Shown: positions 31,636 to 47,100 of the stretch, piece by piece
Numbering within the stretch: position 1 is the first letter of the stretch
Layout of the letters: the number at the start of each line of letters is the position of its first letter
Position numbers and translations under genes: made by a program
Source of the DNA: the human T2T-CHM13v2.0 reference genome, Homo sapiens
Assembly (NCBI RefSeq): GCF_009914755.1
Contig: NC_060936.1
DNA length: 64,000 nt
Reading direction: 5' to 3' (one strand)
Notes under the pieces: model-generated
Database searches by the model: none
Seen by the model: the letters and a program-made list of their open reading frames with translations, nothing else
Told to the model about the DNA's origin: nothing

Positions 31636-32680
31636 TCATGGGGGTTTGTTTTATATGTTAGTTTTTTTGATTTCACTAATTTTTGTCCATCTTACTTCCA
31701 GTTGTGTTCAGTAGGAGTTTTGGTTTTCTGAGAATTACAATTAAAAAAAAATTCATAGTTATTCATATGCTTATTAGCTATTTCATCTATTTCCTGATAA
31801 TGAAATTTTTGGATATGCCTTCAAGTTGAAATTAATAAATCCAGTAGCATATTCCAACTACCTCTTACCTCTTTATCATCTCTGAGTTAGTACAAATACA
31901 TATCTGGGCCATGAGAGTAATGGGTGAATGTAAAATATAAATTGAAGCTCATTTTCACAATGATACAAATAATAATAAGGCCAGCCCATCCTCTGTCTCA
32001 AACATTTTCCCCAGGTCCTGAGGATGCCACCTATTTCCAAAGTAGACTTGCCATTTCAGAACAGAACAGATATTTTTCAGTCATTGCAGTTGTTGGGGCA
32101 CTGATGTAGGGAAGGTTAATAAAATCCATAGATTAAAAAGCCACTGCCTTTTTTTTTTTGCCATGAACCCAGAAAGAGTTACTAACAATCACCAATATTT
32201 CATGTTTCGGGTTTTGTTTCCTCCCTAAAAGTTGACAGATTTTAAAGTTCAGAAAAGTGACAGAGCAGACAAAAGGAGTTAGAATCTTAAAAAAAAAAAA
32301 AAAAAAAAAGTCTTCTGATGAGAAAGCAGAGTTTCAGTCCACTTTTAAAAAAGGAAATTCAGATTACCTTGAATAAGCAGCTTCAGCAGTATTTACACAT
32401 CAGCAGCCGATCTCCGCACAGTTTTCCTAAGTGCTCTCGCCTACTTTTTTGACTGTGATAATTACCACTACCCTAGAAAACACCTTCCTCTATTTCAGGG
32501 ACAACTTGAGTCCTAAAGCCAATATACAGTAGAGGGGACTGAAGTCCTCCGCACTTGTCCTGCAGACTGTGCTCATTCCGCTGAGCCCCGAGCTGTCTGA
32601 GGGAGAGGAGCTGCATGCGGCCATTTCCATTCTCTCCCTTCCGCTTCTCTAGTGGATAATTCCTGCTGGCCATTTAACAC

Positions 32681-33524
32681 TCAAGCCGGAGTGCTGGGAA
32701 AGGAAGAGCACGGTCCCTTTAAATGATACGGAAACCGGGAAGGAAAGCGCGGGGTAGAAAGGGCAGAGTCCGTGACTAGGCCTCTAGCCCCAGGGACCTA
32801 GGCGAGGACAGGCACTCCTGCTTTTCCAAGAGCACCCTGGCCCGCCACGCCCCCAGCCTGGGCCTATAAACACCCACGACCCTAGCAAGGCAGAGACAGA
32901 AGCTGCTGGAGGGCGAGAGGAACGCATCAGTGGAAGAAGACAGAGGCGGCTGGTCACGGAGAGCACGTCAGCAGAAGAACACACCTACAGACGCCGGCTC
33001 GCCCGCGGGCTCCCCGGCAGGCCATCGACCGGTGGGACGAGGTGGAGTTTGTCCTGGGCAGTAGGAGGACAGCCCGGGCACCCAGCGGCCCAACTCCAGG
33101 GGAAAGCCATCTCCCTTCTGGAGCTGCCCAACTCCGGGGGAAAACCATCTCCTTTCTGACTCTCCTGTCGGTGGAGAGTTACTTCCACTCAATACGATTT
33201 TGCAGTCATTCTCCAAGCCCACGTGTGATCCGATTCTTCCGGTACACCAAGGCAAGAACCCGGGATACAGAAAGCCCTCTGGCCTTATGACAAGGTAGAG
33301 GGTCTAACTGAGCTATAGACCGTGAACTAAGAGCGCACCCTGGAACACACGCCCTCTGGGGCTTCAGCTGTAAACATCCACCCTTAGACACTGCCATGGG
33401 GTTGGAGCCCCACAACCTGCCCATCTCTATGCCCCACTAGAGGTATGACCAACGGGGCACTGAAGAGGCGAGCACACCCCATCGCACGCCCTGCAAGGGG
33501 GACGGGGGAACCTTTCCCATTTCA
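32681..33524 (+). mobile_element. LTR1B-like ERV1 solo LTR
   Basis: gtgctgggaaaggaagagcacggtccctttaaatgatacggaa, ggacctaggcgaggacaggcactcctgc, ggcctataaa; ends tttcccatttca; 4-bp TSD acac/acac. Confidence 0.85.
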
Positions 33525-36500
33525 ACACCACCGCTGTGGCTGCATGTGGCTGCCATAAGAAAAAGAACCCATTCTTTGGCACAGCTGAAGCAGGACTCTT
33601 CTCGTTGTTCTCCAGGTAGGTTCCTCCCCGTGGAACTTTGTTATCCTCATCTGTGTTTTGCCTGGGGCACCTCCTTCAGGTAGCCAGTTCCTTGTTGGAC
33701 TTGCCCCAGGGGTTAGATGGCAATTCAGGTGGTTCCTACAACCCAGAAGCAGGACAGAATCTTGTGCGACAGTATTTTGCCTAACTGCTTGAAGGCCCTT
33801 CATTCCTAGGGACAAGTTGACATCAACATTCAAATATAATGAAAATTGTTGAGCATCTTTCCTAGGCCACTAGGAAGGGAAAAATGCATGGTGCTACAAA
33901 TCATTGGGTTTTACTAGCCAATGGGTAAGTGGGGAAAAGGAGTCTTTTTATTTATACTTGTTTGTTCTCCTCTAGATATTTCAGAAGATGTGTAAGATGA
34001 CACTGAACCAATGGTATTACGTCCCTCTCTTAGTTTTTACTATTGAAAGTATTCCTCCTTCATATCATCTCAGAAAATACATAGTGATAGGCTTACAGTG
34101 ACAGTTCTCTTTGGTCATGAGAGCAAAACGCAGAGCAGTGGAATTAAAGGACACCTGGAACTTAAGGCCTCTAATCAGGCCATGTAGATACAGGATGGTA
34201 CATTTGGGGACATTCTTCACTCAGGTTTTTAAGGAAAACACATTATTTTCGAGGACATACACACAGGCCTTGTAAACAGATAAACAGTTTCCAATAAATG
34301 ACTCTTTTGGGACCCAGTTTTAATGGTAAAATCAGTATGATGTTTATTTAACCGATGTTGTGGGTAAACCAGATGCCCTGCCTCTGGTATCCCTCAGATT
34401 CTCTTTCTCTTCTGTGTCCAAACACAGGGCTCCAGCCCTCCCCCTCCTTACACAGTGGGGATGTCAGCACCACAGCCTCCCTTTGCTTCTGTGCCTGGGA
34501 GGAAGGAAGATGCCTGCTCTTGTTCTTACCCCTGCCTCTCCCTCCATCTCTGGGTTCCTGTACCTCCCATCATAGTACTGTTTTGTTTTGTTTGTGTCAT
34601 AATAGACACCACCCTGATCTCATTTAATCACCTAAAGGAAATCCTTAAGCAATGCAGGTGTCACAGATTTACTTTAAGGCTTCAAGGGTAAAGAAAGGGA
34701 CTGAAACAAGAAGAGTAAATACAATAAAAATCTTGATAATAGGGTATAACTGTGTCTCCTTTGTTAGAGGGCAGGGTGAGCGGGGGGAGCGGGAGGTAAC
34801 TCAGAGACAGAAAGTTAAGGGTGCAGACTCTAAGAAAGGCTCTGTCTTTCTTCCCACTCCCTCCTTCCATCCATCCCCTCCCCTTCCTCTCTCTTCCCTG
34901 CTCCTCCATCTCTCATCTCTGTTCCTAGAAGCTGCAACTTCAAGTCCACCATTTCTCCTTTATTTCTTTCAAGATATAAATTAACTGTTTTGCTAAACCA
35001 CTTGTCACCATACCCAAAGCTTTATATGTTTTTCAACAACGTATACTCAAGTGGTTCCCTAAATAAGAGAGTTCGGAAAGTCTGAGATGAATGGAAATCT
35101 TCCCATAACATATGGAAGTAGGACAAAAATGATGCTTTACGACAGCAAAACAAACACAGAAATAAAATGTCCCATTCCTACGGGAACTAGTGCTCCTAGG
35201 TATCATCAGAAAGCTGGCTCTATTAAGTAGGCTCCCCATTTCCCTTTCCTTTTTATATCATTTTTAAAAAGCATGAAGTATTGCTAAATTGGAGTCAGCT
35301 TGGCAAAGTCTTACACTGTCCCAGGAGTTATAGGTATGGTATGCCATGACTATTTTAGACCGTGAAAGACATTTTCTACTTTAGGAAATTACCATAGGTG
35401 TGAATTATGGTCCTAATATTCACTGTGAGTAGCAGTTGTTCTTTTCAGGTATCTCTATCTATAAAATGGGTACACGTCACATTTTCAAGTGGTATTTATA
35501 AATCACCGTGTTCTGGTTTGCACAAACCCTCCCGTGCTGCAGTCGACCTGATTTACTCGTTTGTTTTTGTCACTTCTCTGTTGATGCGGCCCCTGGAAAA
35601 TTGCACAAATTCTGTTTTAATTGAACCCATGATCAGTGCTACAAAGGAGGGAAAAAGGGAAGGCCTGTTATGTAACAGATGAGTGTCACCTGGTTTCCTA
35701 GTTTCAGCCCTGAACACGTCTCCGAGTCACGCTGGAGGCGTAAACAATGGATAGGGCAGGCAGGTGAAACCCATCTTCCCGCCGAGCTTTACAGACTAAT
35801 TTCAAGCTCCATCAAATCATGATTCATCTTTGCTTGGCGACGGACATATTATTCTGACTAAATACATTTGTTTCGAGGAGCTGCTATGCTTCGAAAATCG
35901 TGTGCACAAGGGCTGGACAGGACATTCTAGTTATTGTGAGGGTTTTAAAACTGGTGAAAAATGTGCCCGTGGCTAAGAATAATGTAAATCCTGATGTGTT
36001 AACTTTAAGCAACACGCTGAGCCGTGACAGCATTTAATTATTTAGCTGTGGTAAGGCAAAACGTTTCCAGGTCGGACATACTGCTTGACTTGACTTTCAG
36101 AAATTTAATGCTGCCTTTCCATAGAGTGACACCATTTGACAAGGCCAGGACACACGTCACCCAGCCTGCTCCTGCCTGCCCTGACCTCCTCCATTAATGC
36201 CCTTATTACTGATATAAAAGGGACACATTTAAATGTTTCACGAAGAAAAAGCTCCTGAAGCTTTCAGGAAACATAGCCCAAGGTCAAGGAAGTTTGCTTT
36301 AAGAGCAATCTGACCTCTCTTTCATCCTTTTTTATTTTTTTTTTAATTCCAAAAAATTACTTCATTTTTAGTACGCTTCTTTAAGTCTATAGTTGCTTCT
36401 CAGCTAAGTTAGATATCTCAATATTTTTATGAAAGCAAAGAAACAAGGCAGAGAGGGTCCTACAGTTTCTCTGCACAAAGCCACATGCTCTCTTATAGCT

Positions 36501-36661
36501 CACAAGTAAGATCTCTTTTTAAATAACAATAAACACTGTTGATTAGGCACCTTCTGTGTGCTAGGCTCTAGGCTGTATACCAAGTGCTTTAGGGATTTTG
36601 TCTCATTTACTTCTCAACTTTGTAATGAATTATATGGCTAACGTTGATGGAGAATTTATTA

Positions 36662-37672
<1,011 letters not shown>

Positions 37673-38239
37673 CCATTAGTCTTCCAGATCTAACAAGGTT
37701 AGAAATGAGGCTAGCTATAAAACAATTGTTTGCCCATGAGAAAAGAGCTTATAAATGGTAGCACCAGAACAACACAGATCTCCCTTACCTCGTCACATAT
37801 CCATCAGCAACCTGCAGCCCACACAGTTTATTCAGTGCCTCAGTTCTCCAAATGCACATTTATATTCCGTTTCAAACATGGTTCCATTCCTGAGAAATCA
37901 TCAGTCATCAAACACAGGAGGTGAATGGGCATCCAGTAGAAATATAGTCAAGTGTTTGGTAATGCAAACACACTATTATTTTTGACCAACATTTCTATCA
38001 CTTAAAAATATTTGTAGAATTTCTTTTACAATAAGTTTTTTACCACATTTGTTCATTTTAGACATTTTAAACCAGCTCACAATGGCTGATGCAACATTAG
38101 CCTCCATGGGGCTTCACCAACTGTATTTATTACATTTGAAGACATATATGTGCTTTCAGTGGTTTTAATCTTTATAGCATTTAAATACTCTTCTGAAAAA
38201 GTAAAAATCTTAAGCTACTTGAATTCATTGTGCAAATAG

Positions 38240-38470
38240 ATTAAGAGCAAGAGTCGTGATAAGACTGGGCTCAAACCCAGATTCTGTCACCTATTGGATG
38301 TGAGACTGTGAGCAGCTCACTTAGTCTCTTTTTATCTTTGTTTATCCATCTAGAAAAGGAGTGCAGTAAATAGTACCCAGCCCATAAGGTCATTATGAGA
38401 ATTAGTTGAATTTAGACAGATAGCATTTAGAACACTGCTTATCATGTGGCAAGTCACATGTAGGTGTTTG
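38240..38470 (+). mobile_element. MIR
   Basis: gactgggctcaaacccagattctgtcacc..tagtacccagcccataaggtcattatgagaatt. Confidence 0.75.
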
Positions 38471-40413
38471 GTACTTTAGATGGGAAGGGGTTATTTTTAC
38501 AATATTACTTTGTTCCCTAGCTCTACTGATTATTTTTTAAATTTCTAATCATGACTCAATATAATAATTATAGATAGACATTTTGATATTGTGTAGACAT
38601 ATGGAGGCAAATGTCGGGGTTATTGAAGTCATTCGAACTATTTGTTTCAATAATTAGAGGCTAAAATGGATGCTTTTGTAAGCTCTTGTTTTTGCTGTGT
38701 GTATGTGTGTATATATATTTCATTTTGTTATAGTGTTTATTTTTATTTGCTCTCGCATCACCTACCTGTTGCTCATTCCTGTTTCTTGATTTGCTGTTAA
38801 CTTATCTTCTGTGGGTTTAGACACCAAATAGCCAATTGCACAATATTAATATTAATGTGCAAAATAACTTCTAAGATAGTAAGGTGCTAAGGGGCCTTCC
38901 TATGTGTATAGAACATGAGCTTCATGAGATTGGCTACTTTTGTTAGTTTTGTTTGATTTGGGCAGGTATTTCTACACTGTAAAAGAAGAGGCAGGAGAGG
39001 AGATTTGGAAGAATTTCCCCCTGAATCTGCATGTGATGGGAAATAGGAACACTCAAATTAATGATTCCTTCACAGAGTGATTGTCCATGATGCTAGCCAA
39101 GAAAGCTCAAGTCTCACCACACTAACCTGTATGGTCATTCTCTTTCTGAACCCCCATCCCAATCACTTGCCGTAATTTGGATGGTATTAAGCAGTGCTCA
39201 CCACAGTGTAGTATGTGCAGAATTCTTATTCACCTCATTGATATCACTAAGGCATGACTGAGTTATTGACATGTATGTGAATTTACTAATTGGTCTGCAA
39301 CCAGAGGCCAGAACTAGACTGGAAGAGAAACGGATTCTGGTTAACACTTTACATAGACTAACATGTGTCTATCTCAAAGACCCAGTGACTGGCGAATGTC
39401 AAAGATCCTGGGGTTTAATGATCTTAGAGGTTTCCTGGTTTACTAATCTCACTTTAATCCTTTGGAAAAACTCTAAATCAAGGTAAAAGATAATTAGAAA
39501 GATTATGGAGTACTTGGCAGTTATGTTCTCAGTTCTACAATTTCCGTTTTATTTTTACTCCATAAGTCATATTTTGCCAAATATATTAATCATGTTTGTT
39601 AATCAGTATTTACAAAATGAAATTTAATGAGTCTGCTTCTATTGATTTTCTCTTAGTCTAGTATATCAGAATTACTTTGGTGTTCTTATATCCTTTAATA
39701 AAGTTTTGAACATTTATATAAAAAAATTGAGACTCTGGGTATCATATTTTTCCAGAGAGATTTTATGTTAGTTTTGACCTGCCGTTAGATTGGGTGCAGT
39801 TAACCTTCATCCAACCGTGGATTGAGTTGATTTGGGGTCTTACATCCAGTAGGTGATGGAATCTGAGCTCGAACCCAACATTCATTTTTGTCTTTATTAT
39901 TTCTGGTTCACTGTTAACCCTAGGCCATAGCCATTCATTGCTCCCAATAGAGAGCCCAGGTTATTTGTATAAAGGCCCAACTTCTGGGTAGGCCTCAACA
40001 CTAATGTTTGACCATGTTATAAGCACAACCTAAGCTCAGCTTCTTAGCCTTATAGAGCCTGCTTTCTGGTTGTGTTCTTACCACCTTACCCTGGTGAGTT
40101 TAAGAGATGGCAGATGTCTTACAGGCAAACAGAGGCTCAGTTTTGACTTATTCCCTATATTCTCCTTGTCTCTGGGATCACTGTCTGTCAAGAGTTGGTT
40201 GCCTTGGAAGGTCAGAACACCAATTCCTGTCTCTCAATCCTCTGCGGCTTCCAGCAGCTCTGCTGAGCTGTCACTTTGGGCTGAGCTTCTGCTCAGCCTC
40301 AGGGTCCTTCCCTCTTGCAGTCACAGTGAGAAAATGCTTCAAGGAGAAGAGTTTGGGCTTCATATCAATGAGTTTTTCTTTTCCAAAAGATCTTGTCTAA
40401 ATCTTAGCTACCT

Positions 40414-40863
<450 letters not shown>

Positions 40864-41842
40864 AAAACATCATTATTTTTAAATTCAGCTTTTGTAGTTG
40901 TTCCCAGCGGCAGATTTGGTTCTCTGCAAATAAATCCATCAAACTGAAAAAAAAAAAGTTCTCTCCCTACAATTGCAGTAAACGTTTTCTCTCATCCAAT
41001 ACCTAGCTCATTGATTCTTTTATTTTTATTTTTATTTATTTGTTTGTTTTTCACATTTCTCTGGTTTAGTTAGACTGATGCATATGTCTCCCAGCCTCTT
41101 AAAGGTTAATTCTGAGCAGAGAGTCTCAGAATCAGTATTGGATGCACATCTGAAAAAGAAAAAAATGCTTTCTCAATCATCTCATTCCAAATACAGTCAT
41201 AGCATTTGGAACTACATGTTTATTTCAGCTCCTTCAATGAGTCTATAAGAAGCTAATTTTCACTTTGATTTTAGGGCAATAAAACACATCAAGTAACTTT
41301 TCCATCTTCAACAGAAGGTTTTTCATTAACATCTGCAAGAAACATTTCATTGGCAATCTAAAGTGGTCCTTAAACCAGGGCCTAGTGAAAGGCAGGAAAA
41401 TTCTTCAGTGATTAACATTAGCATTTTTTTCTCAACTGAAACACTCCTGGAATTGGAGAAAATGCCATTTAAATTTTAAGGGTTTGTTTCTGATAAAGTG
41501 GTGCAGGAACAGCAACTCAAAACCTGCAATGCCGCATGTTTTCTAATTCATGTCACAGCAGTCACCCTCTTCAAGTAGCTGTGCCCATGACTTCATAAAA
41601 GGAGCCAAAAATGCTGATTCCCCATTACGTTAGGTTTATCTTTTCAAAACCCAGAATCTAGAGTCAAATAAAGTCAAGTAGAGGCATCAATTTTGTTTTC
41701 CATTCAGAGACACTGTTTGCAAACTACAGTTGTGAATGCATTTATATCCAGATGGAACACTTGATGTTGAAGAGCTAGATTTGGTACACTCAGTTGGATT
41801 TTGGCGCAGATAATTTCCATATTCCCTGCATCCAGTTTCCCC

Positions 41843-42170
41843 TATTTATTTATTATTTTTGAGGCAGGGTCTTGTCTTGCCCTGTCACCAAGCTGGGTCT
41901 TGCTCTGTTGCCCAGGCTTCGGTGCAGTGGTGCGATCATGGCTCACTGTAGCCTGGACCTCCCAGGCTCTGGTTTTTCTCCCATCTCACCCTCCTGAGTA
42001 TCTGGGACTATAGGTGTGCACCACAATGCCCAGCTAATTTTTATATTCTTTTGTAGAGACAGGGTTTGTCATGTTGCCCAGGCTGGTCTCAAACTCCTGA
42101 GCTCAAGTGATTCACCTGTCTTGGCCTCCCAAAGTTCCAGGATTAAAGGCGTGAGCCACCGCACCTGACC
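41843..42170 (-). mobile_element. AluJ
   Basis: gatcatggctcactgtagcctggacctcccaggctc; TSD-like gtttcc(c/a)ctatt. Confidence 0.9.
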
Positions 42171-43649
42171 TGGTTTCCACTATTCTAATTGCCTTTTTAA
42201 CTGATGATATCTGATTGTACTTCTGCCCCTGTATCATTTTTTTCAAGTGGAGAAAATAAAATGTTTTAAAATAATAAAAACTGGAATTGAAATATAAAAT
42301 GTCTGATGAATATCTGTTTGAGTTCTGGATATTTAAAAACCTTTTATTATATAAATTAAACTGAAATTGTCAATTAGTTCAGGTTTCAGTCATCACTAAA
42401 ATTATACCTGGGCATTAGTTCTGTTTTGGAGTAGATTTAATGCTTTGGAGCTGCCTGATGAGAGAGATGATTGCTTCATTCTCTCGTTCCAGCACTTTGA
42501 AGCATTGTTAACTCTCCCCGAAAATGACCACAGTCCTCTTTTTTGCTGGTAGAAAGTTCAGTGTCAATTTTTTAAAATGCCTTATGAAAATTATAGACGC
42601 AAATAAATAAAAGACATCATGGGTTCAAATTGGAAAATAATACCAGAAGCAGACAGGAAAAAAAGCACAGATTGTTTTGAAGAAAAATTTACCAAAGTGA
42701 TACATGATGGAACATTCGTATTATCAGGTTCTCAAACTATTCCACTTTTACGAACTTCCAAAAGCACTGTTCCATCCCAGAGCTATCTGTGCTTTGTAAT
42801 ATCCCGGTTTATGAAACTGGTCACTGGGTGGTGTCTCTGGGGCAGCGCTCTCATTCACTGTGTCCTCTTTGAACTTGGGTGCAAAGGGAAAAGCATGGGT
42901 TGTCCTCCTGGAAGGATTCTCAGCCTCTGCCTTGCAACTGATGCAGGATTGCTGGTACTCCAGTGCCTCCTCCAAAGTGATGGATGGCACTTACCATCCT
43001 GCCAGACCCAGTTTGCAGGTGTCACCTGCACCAGCCCATCCACTATTAGTCATATTTGTCTTATCCCTTAACTTGGAACCTCTGTGTAGCTCCTGAATGT
43101 GCCTGTGTCTCCATGGCAACCACAACAGAAAATCAGGGCAGGAGCAAGGGATTCAGGGCCCATTTGTTTATGATGATTTTACCTAACTCACTGAAACGTG
43201 GAAATACAAGTGCTTGTTTGCAAAAAAAATCAATAGCTTTTTTTCCTTTTAAAAAATATTGCCCAAAAATGTTTCCTGTTGGTCACAGGAAAACAAGACT
43301 GGTGTCTGCTCAGCCAGTCCCATGACTCATTGCATTGAGTCTAAGGTAGTGTGTATGTGATGAACAGAAAAAGTAAGTAATTTAATGCATCTAATATACA
43401 AGCATGATGTGATTGTTGGAAAATAAATATAATAAAAATGTATATGTAGTATTATTCACCAATAACACAACCACAAAATGAAAGGGGTTCCTCTTTTCCC
43501 ACTATCCCACTCCCTCAGGATGACTACTGCTAGCATGTCAATGTCAGTGCCCAGCCTTCCAGACCCAAATTAACGGTTAAAACTCGAAGCATATAGTGAA
43601 CAGGTCCAAGAAAGGAGCACTTGCAAAGCGTCACACTAAAGACACTGAA

Positions 43650-44032
43650 GACATCTGCAGTCGGTTTTCCCTCTGCCTGGAACATATTCTCTCATGCCTT
43701 TGCTTCACTGAAATCTCTGCTAAAATATTGTTTTCATAGAAAGAACTTTCCTGACCATCGTAACTAAAACAGCAACTCTTCCCCCTCTAGTTACGAGTAA
43801 TTTGTATGTTTTTTTTCTGTTTCTCATTCCTTCAGAGCACGATCGTTTCCGAAAAAGTTATTACATCATTGTTTATGTATTTGCTTCATTAACCAGCTTT
43901 CCCTAATTGAATATAAGCTTCAGAAGAACAGAGACTTTGCCCCTTGGGGTCAGAGTTATATCACAATGTCACTGTATCAGTCACAGACTAGGACCTCAAA
44001 ATGCATTTATTAAATGAATGAATAGATGGATA
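43650..44032 (+). mobile_element. L2a 3' end
   Basis: ccctctgcctggaacatattc..ctttcctgacca..aatataagcttcagaagaacagagac..aaatgaatgaatagatggat. Confidence 0.75.
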
Positions 44033-44554
44033 AATGGTAATCACCTGCTAAGCGAGTCTCTTCTCTCATATCCTGTGCTTACATTACAGCAGACGTTTCC
44101 AATCACTTGCAGCATTTTGCTTTTTCCACTTGGTCAGCCCAGCATTTGGGAACTCTTCTCTACCTATTACTCCAAGAAGCTACTGGCAGGTATTGGAACT
44201 GCTGCTCTGTAAGAAAACACCTGTTCTCCTGATCTGTGGCCTAACTTCGCAAACTACAGATCCTTGATATCAATAGATCACATGCTAATAAGATTGTCAA
44301 AGCAATTTCTATTTTCTTTCATTGCTTTCCAAAGCAGACTCACCTTCAGTCTCCATGAGATCAAGAAGGAACAGTGCAAAGGTGCATGGGATGATAATGG
44401 ACCCGTTGCCAGTTTTAGAATCTGGTTCCCCAACTTGCTAGCATCTTTTTGCTTAAGTTTACTCTAAAATTGGGATGATAGAACTTCATACAGTTGAGTT
44501 GTGAGAATTTAATGGTAATAAATGTAAAGCACTTGGAAGTCTGTCACATGGTAA

Positions 44555-44908
<354 letters not shown>

Positions 44909-47100
44909 TAATGTTCAATAACAAGGATCCGTATTATTTCTTCATCCATATCACCCAATACATAGCTTTTCTCTGCTGTTAATATGAACATCAAGTGTTA
45001 CAGTTGTAAGTTCTAAAGGAAGTAGATTTCAAATGTTTTGACCACAACTCACATAGAGAAACACATTTTATATCTCGACCAATACATATGTGCACACAGC
45101 CATGTGTACACACACATATACTAAAGCAAAATTTCTCAGATATACATTTACCCTCCTTACCTGCTGCAATGTTGTCAAATATTTTCCATTCCATTCTATT
45201 CTGTTTGGCTCTGTTATCTTTTATTCTGACATAGCATATTCCATCTGATTTACAAAATAAATGTTAGTTTCAACCCACTAACTTTATTTCACAGCACTGC
45301 TGTGCTGTGACCCGTAGTTTGAAAGACGCTACCTTAAAAGCAGACCTGGACTTATAGAGAGGCAACACTGATTAGTTGTTTACCTGGTCCTCCTACCTGC
45401 TTTCTAAAGCCTGCATCAAATTTCCTATATTCAATTTTTATTTTTCCCCTCTGATTTCAGATTATTATATTTCTATAAACTTATTGGTTAATTTTAAAAT
45501 TCTAACAGATTCTTAGGTTTATCCTAGAAAATTTTGTGCATAAAATGCATATATATATTTTTAATTTGTTTTCTGGTTTCAGGATATGTTCTTATTGATA
45601 AATTCTAATATTCAAAGTGTCTTTTAAAATCACTCTTACAGAAAAAAAAAACCCCTCAATTCTCGGACTTAGATAATGTTTTCTGGGAAAAAAATGGATA
45701 GAACAAATGGTCATTAGAACTTTCCACCAGGGAAGCATATTAGACATGACAAATACAATTTATTTCAAACATTTCCAAGGTTAGTTAGGCAAAAATAATA
45801 GTTGTGGTTATTGTTTTTTATTTGAGAAATGAATTAAAAAACAAAAATATGCAAGATATATTAATATATGGAAACTAATTCACACAATTAAAATGATTCC
45901 TGTTTAAATCCAGTTCTGCATATACAATTGAATGATTTTGGACAAGTCTTTGAAGCTTTCACTCTCTCAGAATCATGATATTCAAAATAAAGATGTGATT
46001 TCTACTAAATAAAGTTATTATAACAATATAATTTTATTGGCTATATTGTAGAGAAACATAGTGTTCTTGGGAGAAAGAAGACATTCACATAAAACCTTCA
46101 TGAATCATCTAATTAGTTTTTTAAAGCTAAAGGGCCTGAAATATTTTATTTCCACAAAAGTGTTTATCTAGGACTTCAAGTTTTGAGCCATGCTAAGCAG
46201 TTTACAAGATGAATTGTTAAAGCATCTGCCCTCCGAAAATTTTAGACTTTTAATATCAATTTGGTCATTTTATACAATAAAAAACATCTCACTTTCATCT
46301 GTTTTTTATATAAATTATTATATTATTATTATTTAATAAAACATAACAATTAGGTTGCTTCAGAAATATATTAGCTTTCACTGCGAGTTATTCTCTGTCA
46401 AGTACAATTTAGACTATGAGGAAAGGTTGTATCAGTAAAGAGACCTATTCATTTAATATTGAAAGAAACTGATACTGATGCACCATAACTTGGGCTCCAA
46501 GAATAACATTTCACTGAGGCTGTCCTTTATATTTCTATATTTTTGGTACTAAGGAGAAGAACCACATTGTAATTCTACCTTCATAAAGAAGAACTCCATT
46601 AGGAAATAGCATTCAACATAAGAAATTTCACTTTACAACCAGATTTCGTATAACTCATTAACTTTTATTGAAAATGCCTAAGGAATCCTTATATTTAAAT
46701 GTAAAAAGAAAAAAATAAAAACAGAATTGATAAAATCTTAATGAGGCATTCACAAAAGAAAGACATTTCCCTGGAGCAATTTAAAAGCAATTATTTCTTG
46801 AGCAGCAGAACTGTAAGAACATTAATTTCCAATGGTGACAATTCCATGACTAGTCATAAAGGTCAGGGGATTGTTTTGCTGCTGAAGGTCACAAACAAAA
46901 ATTTATTTTAAAGTAGTCGTAGAAAAGCCTTCACTGCATTTCACTACGACAATGACATCTGCTCCACGTTCACTCTAGCGTTCTCTTCCAAGTGAGAAGA
47001 GGCATTGTTTAAATCCAGGTAGTATTTGGGCTAAGATCAAATGCTCAGCGGAAAAGGTGACAAGTTGTGGGTATTGCAATGGAAATGCATTAGGGAAGTA

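Noticed and set aside
42619-43071. 150-aa ORF in unique sequence
   Set aside because: No recognisable domain or exon structure; similar overlapping ORFs in other frames indicate chance.
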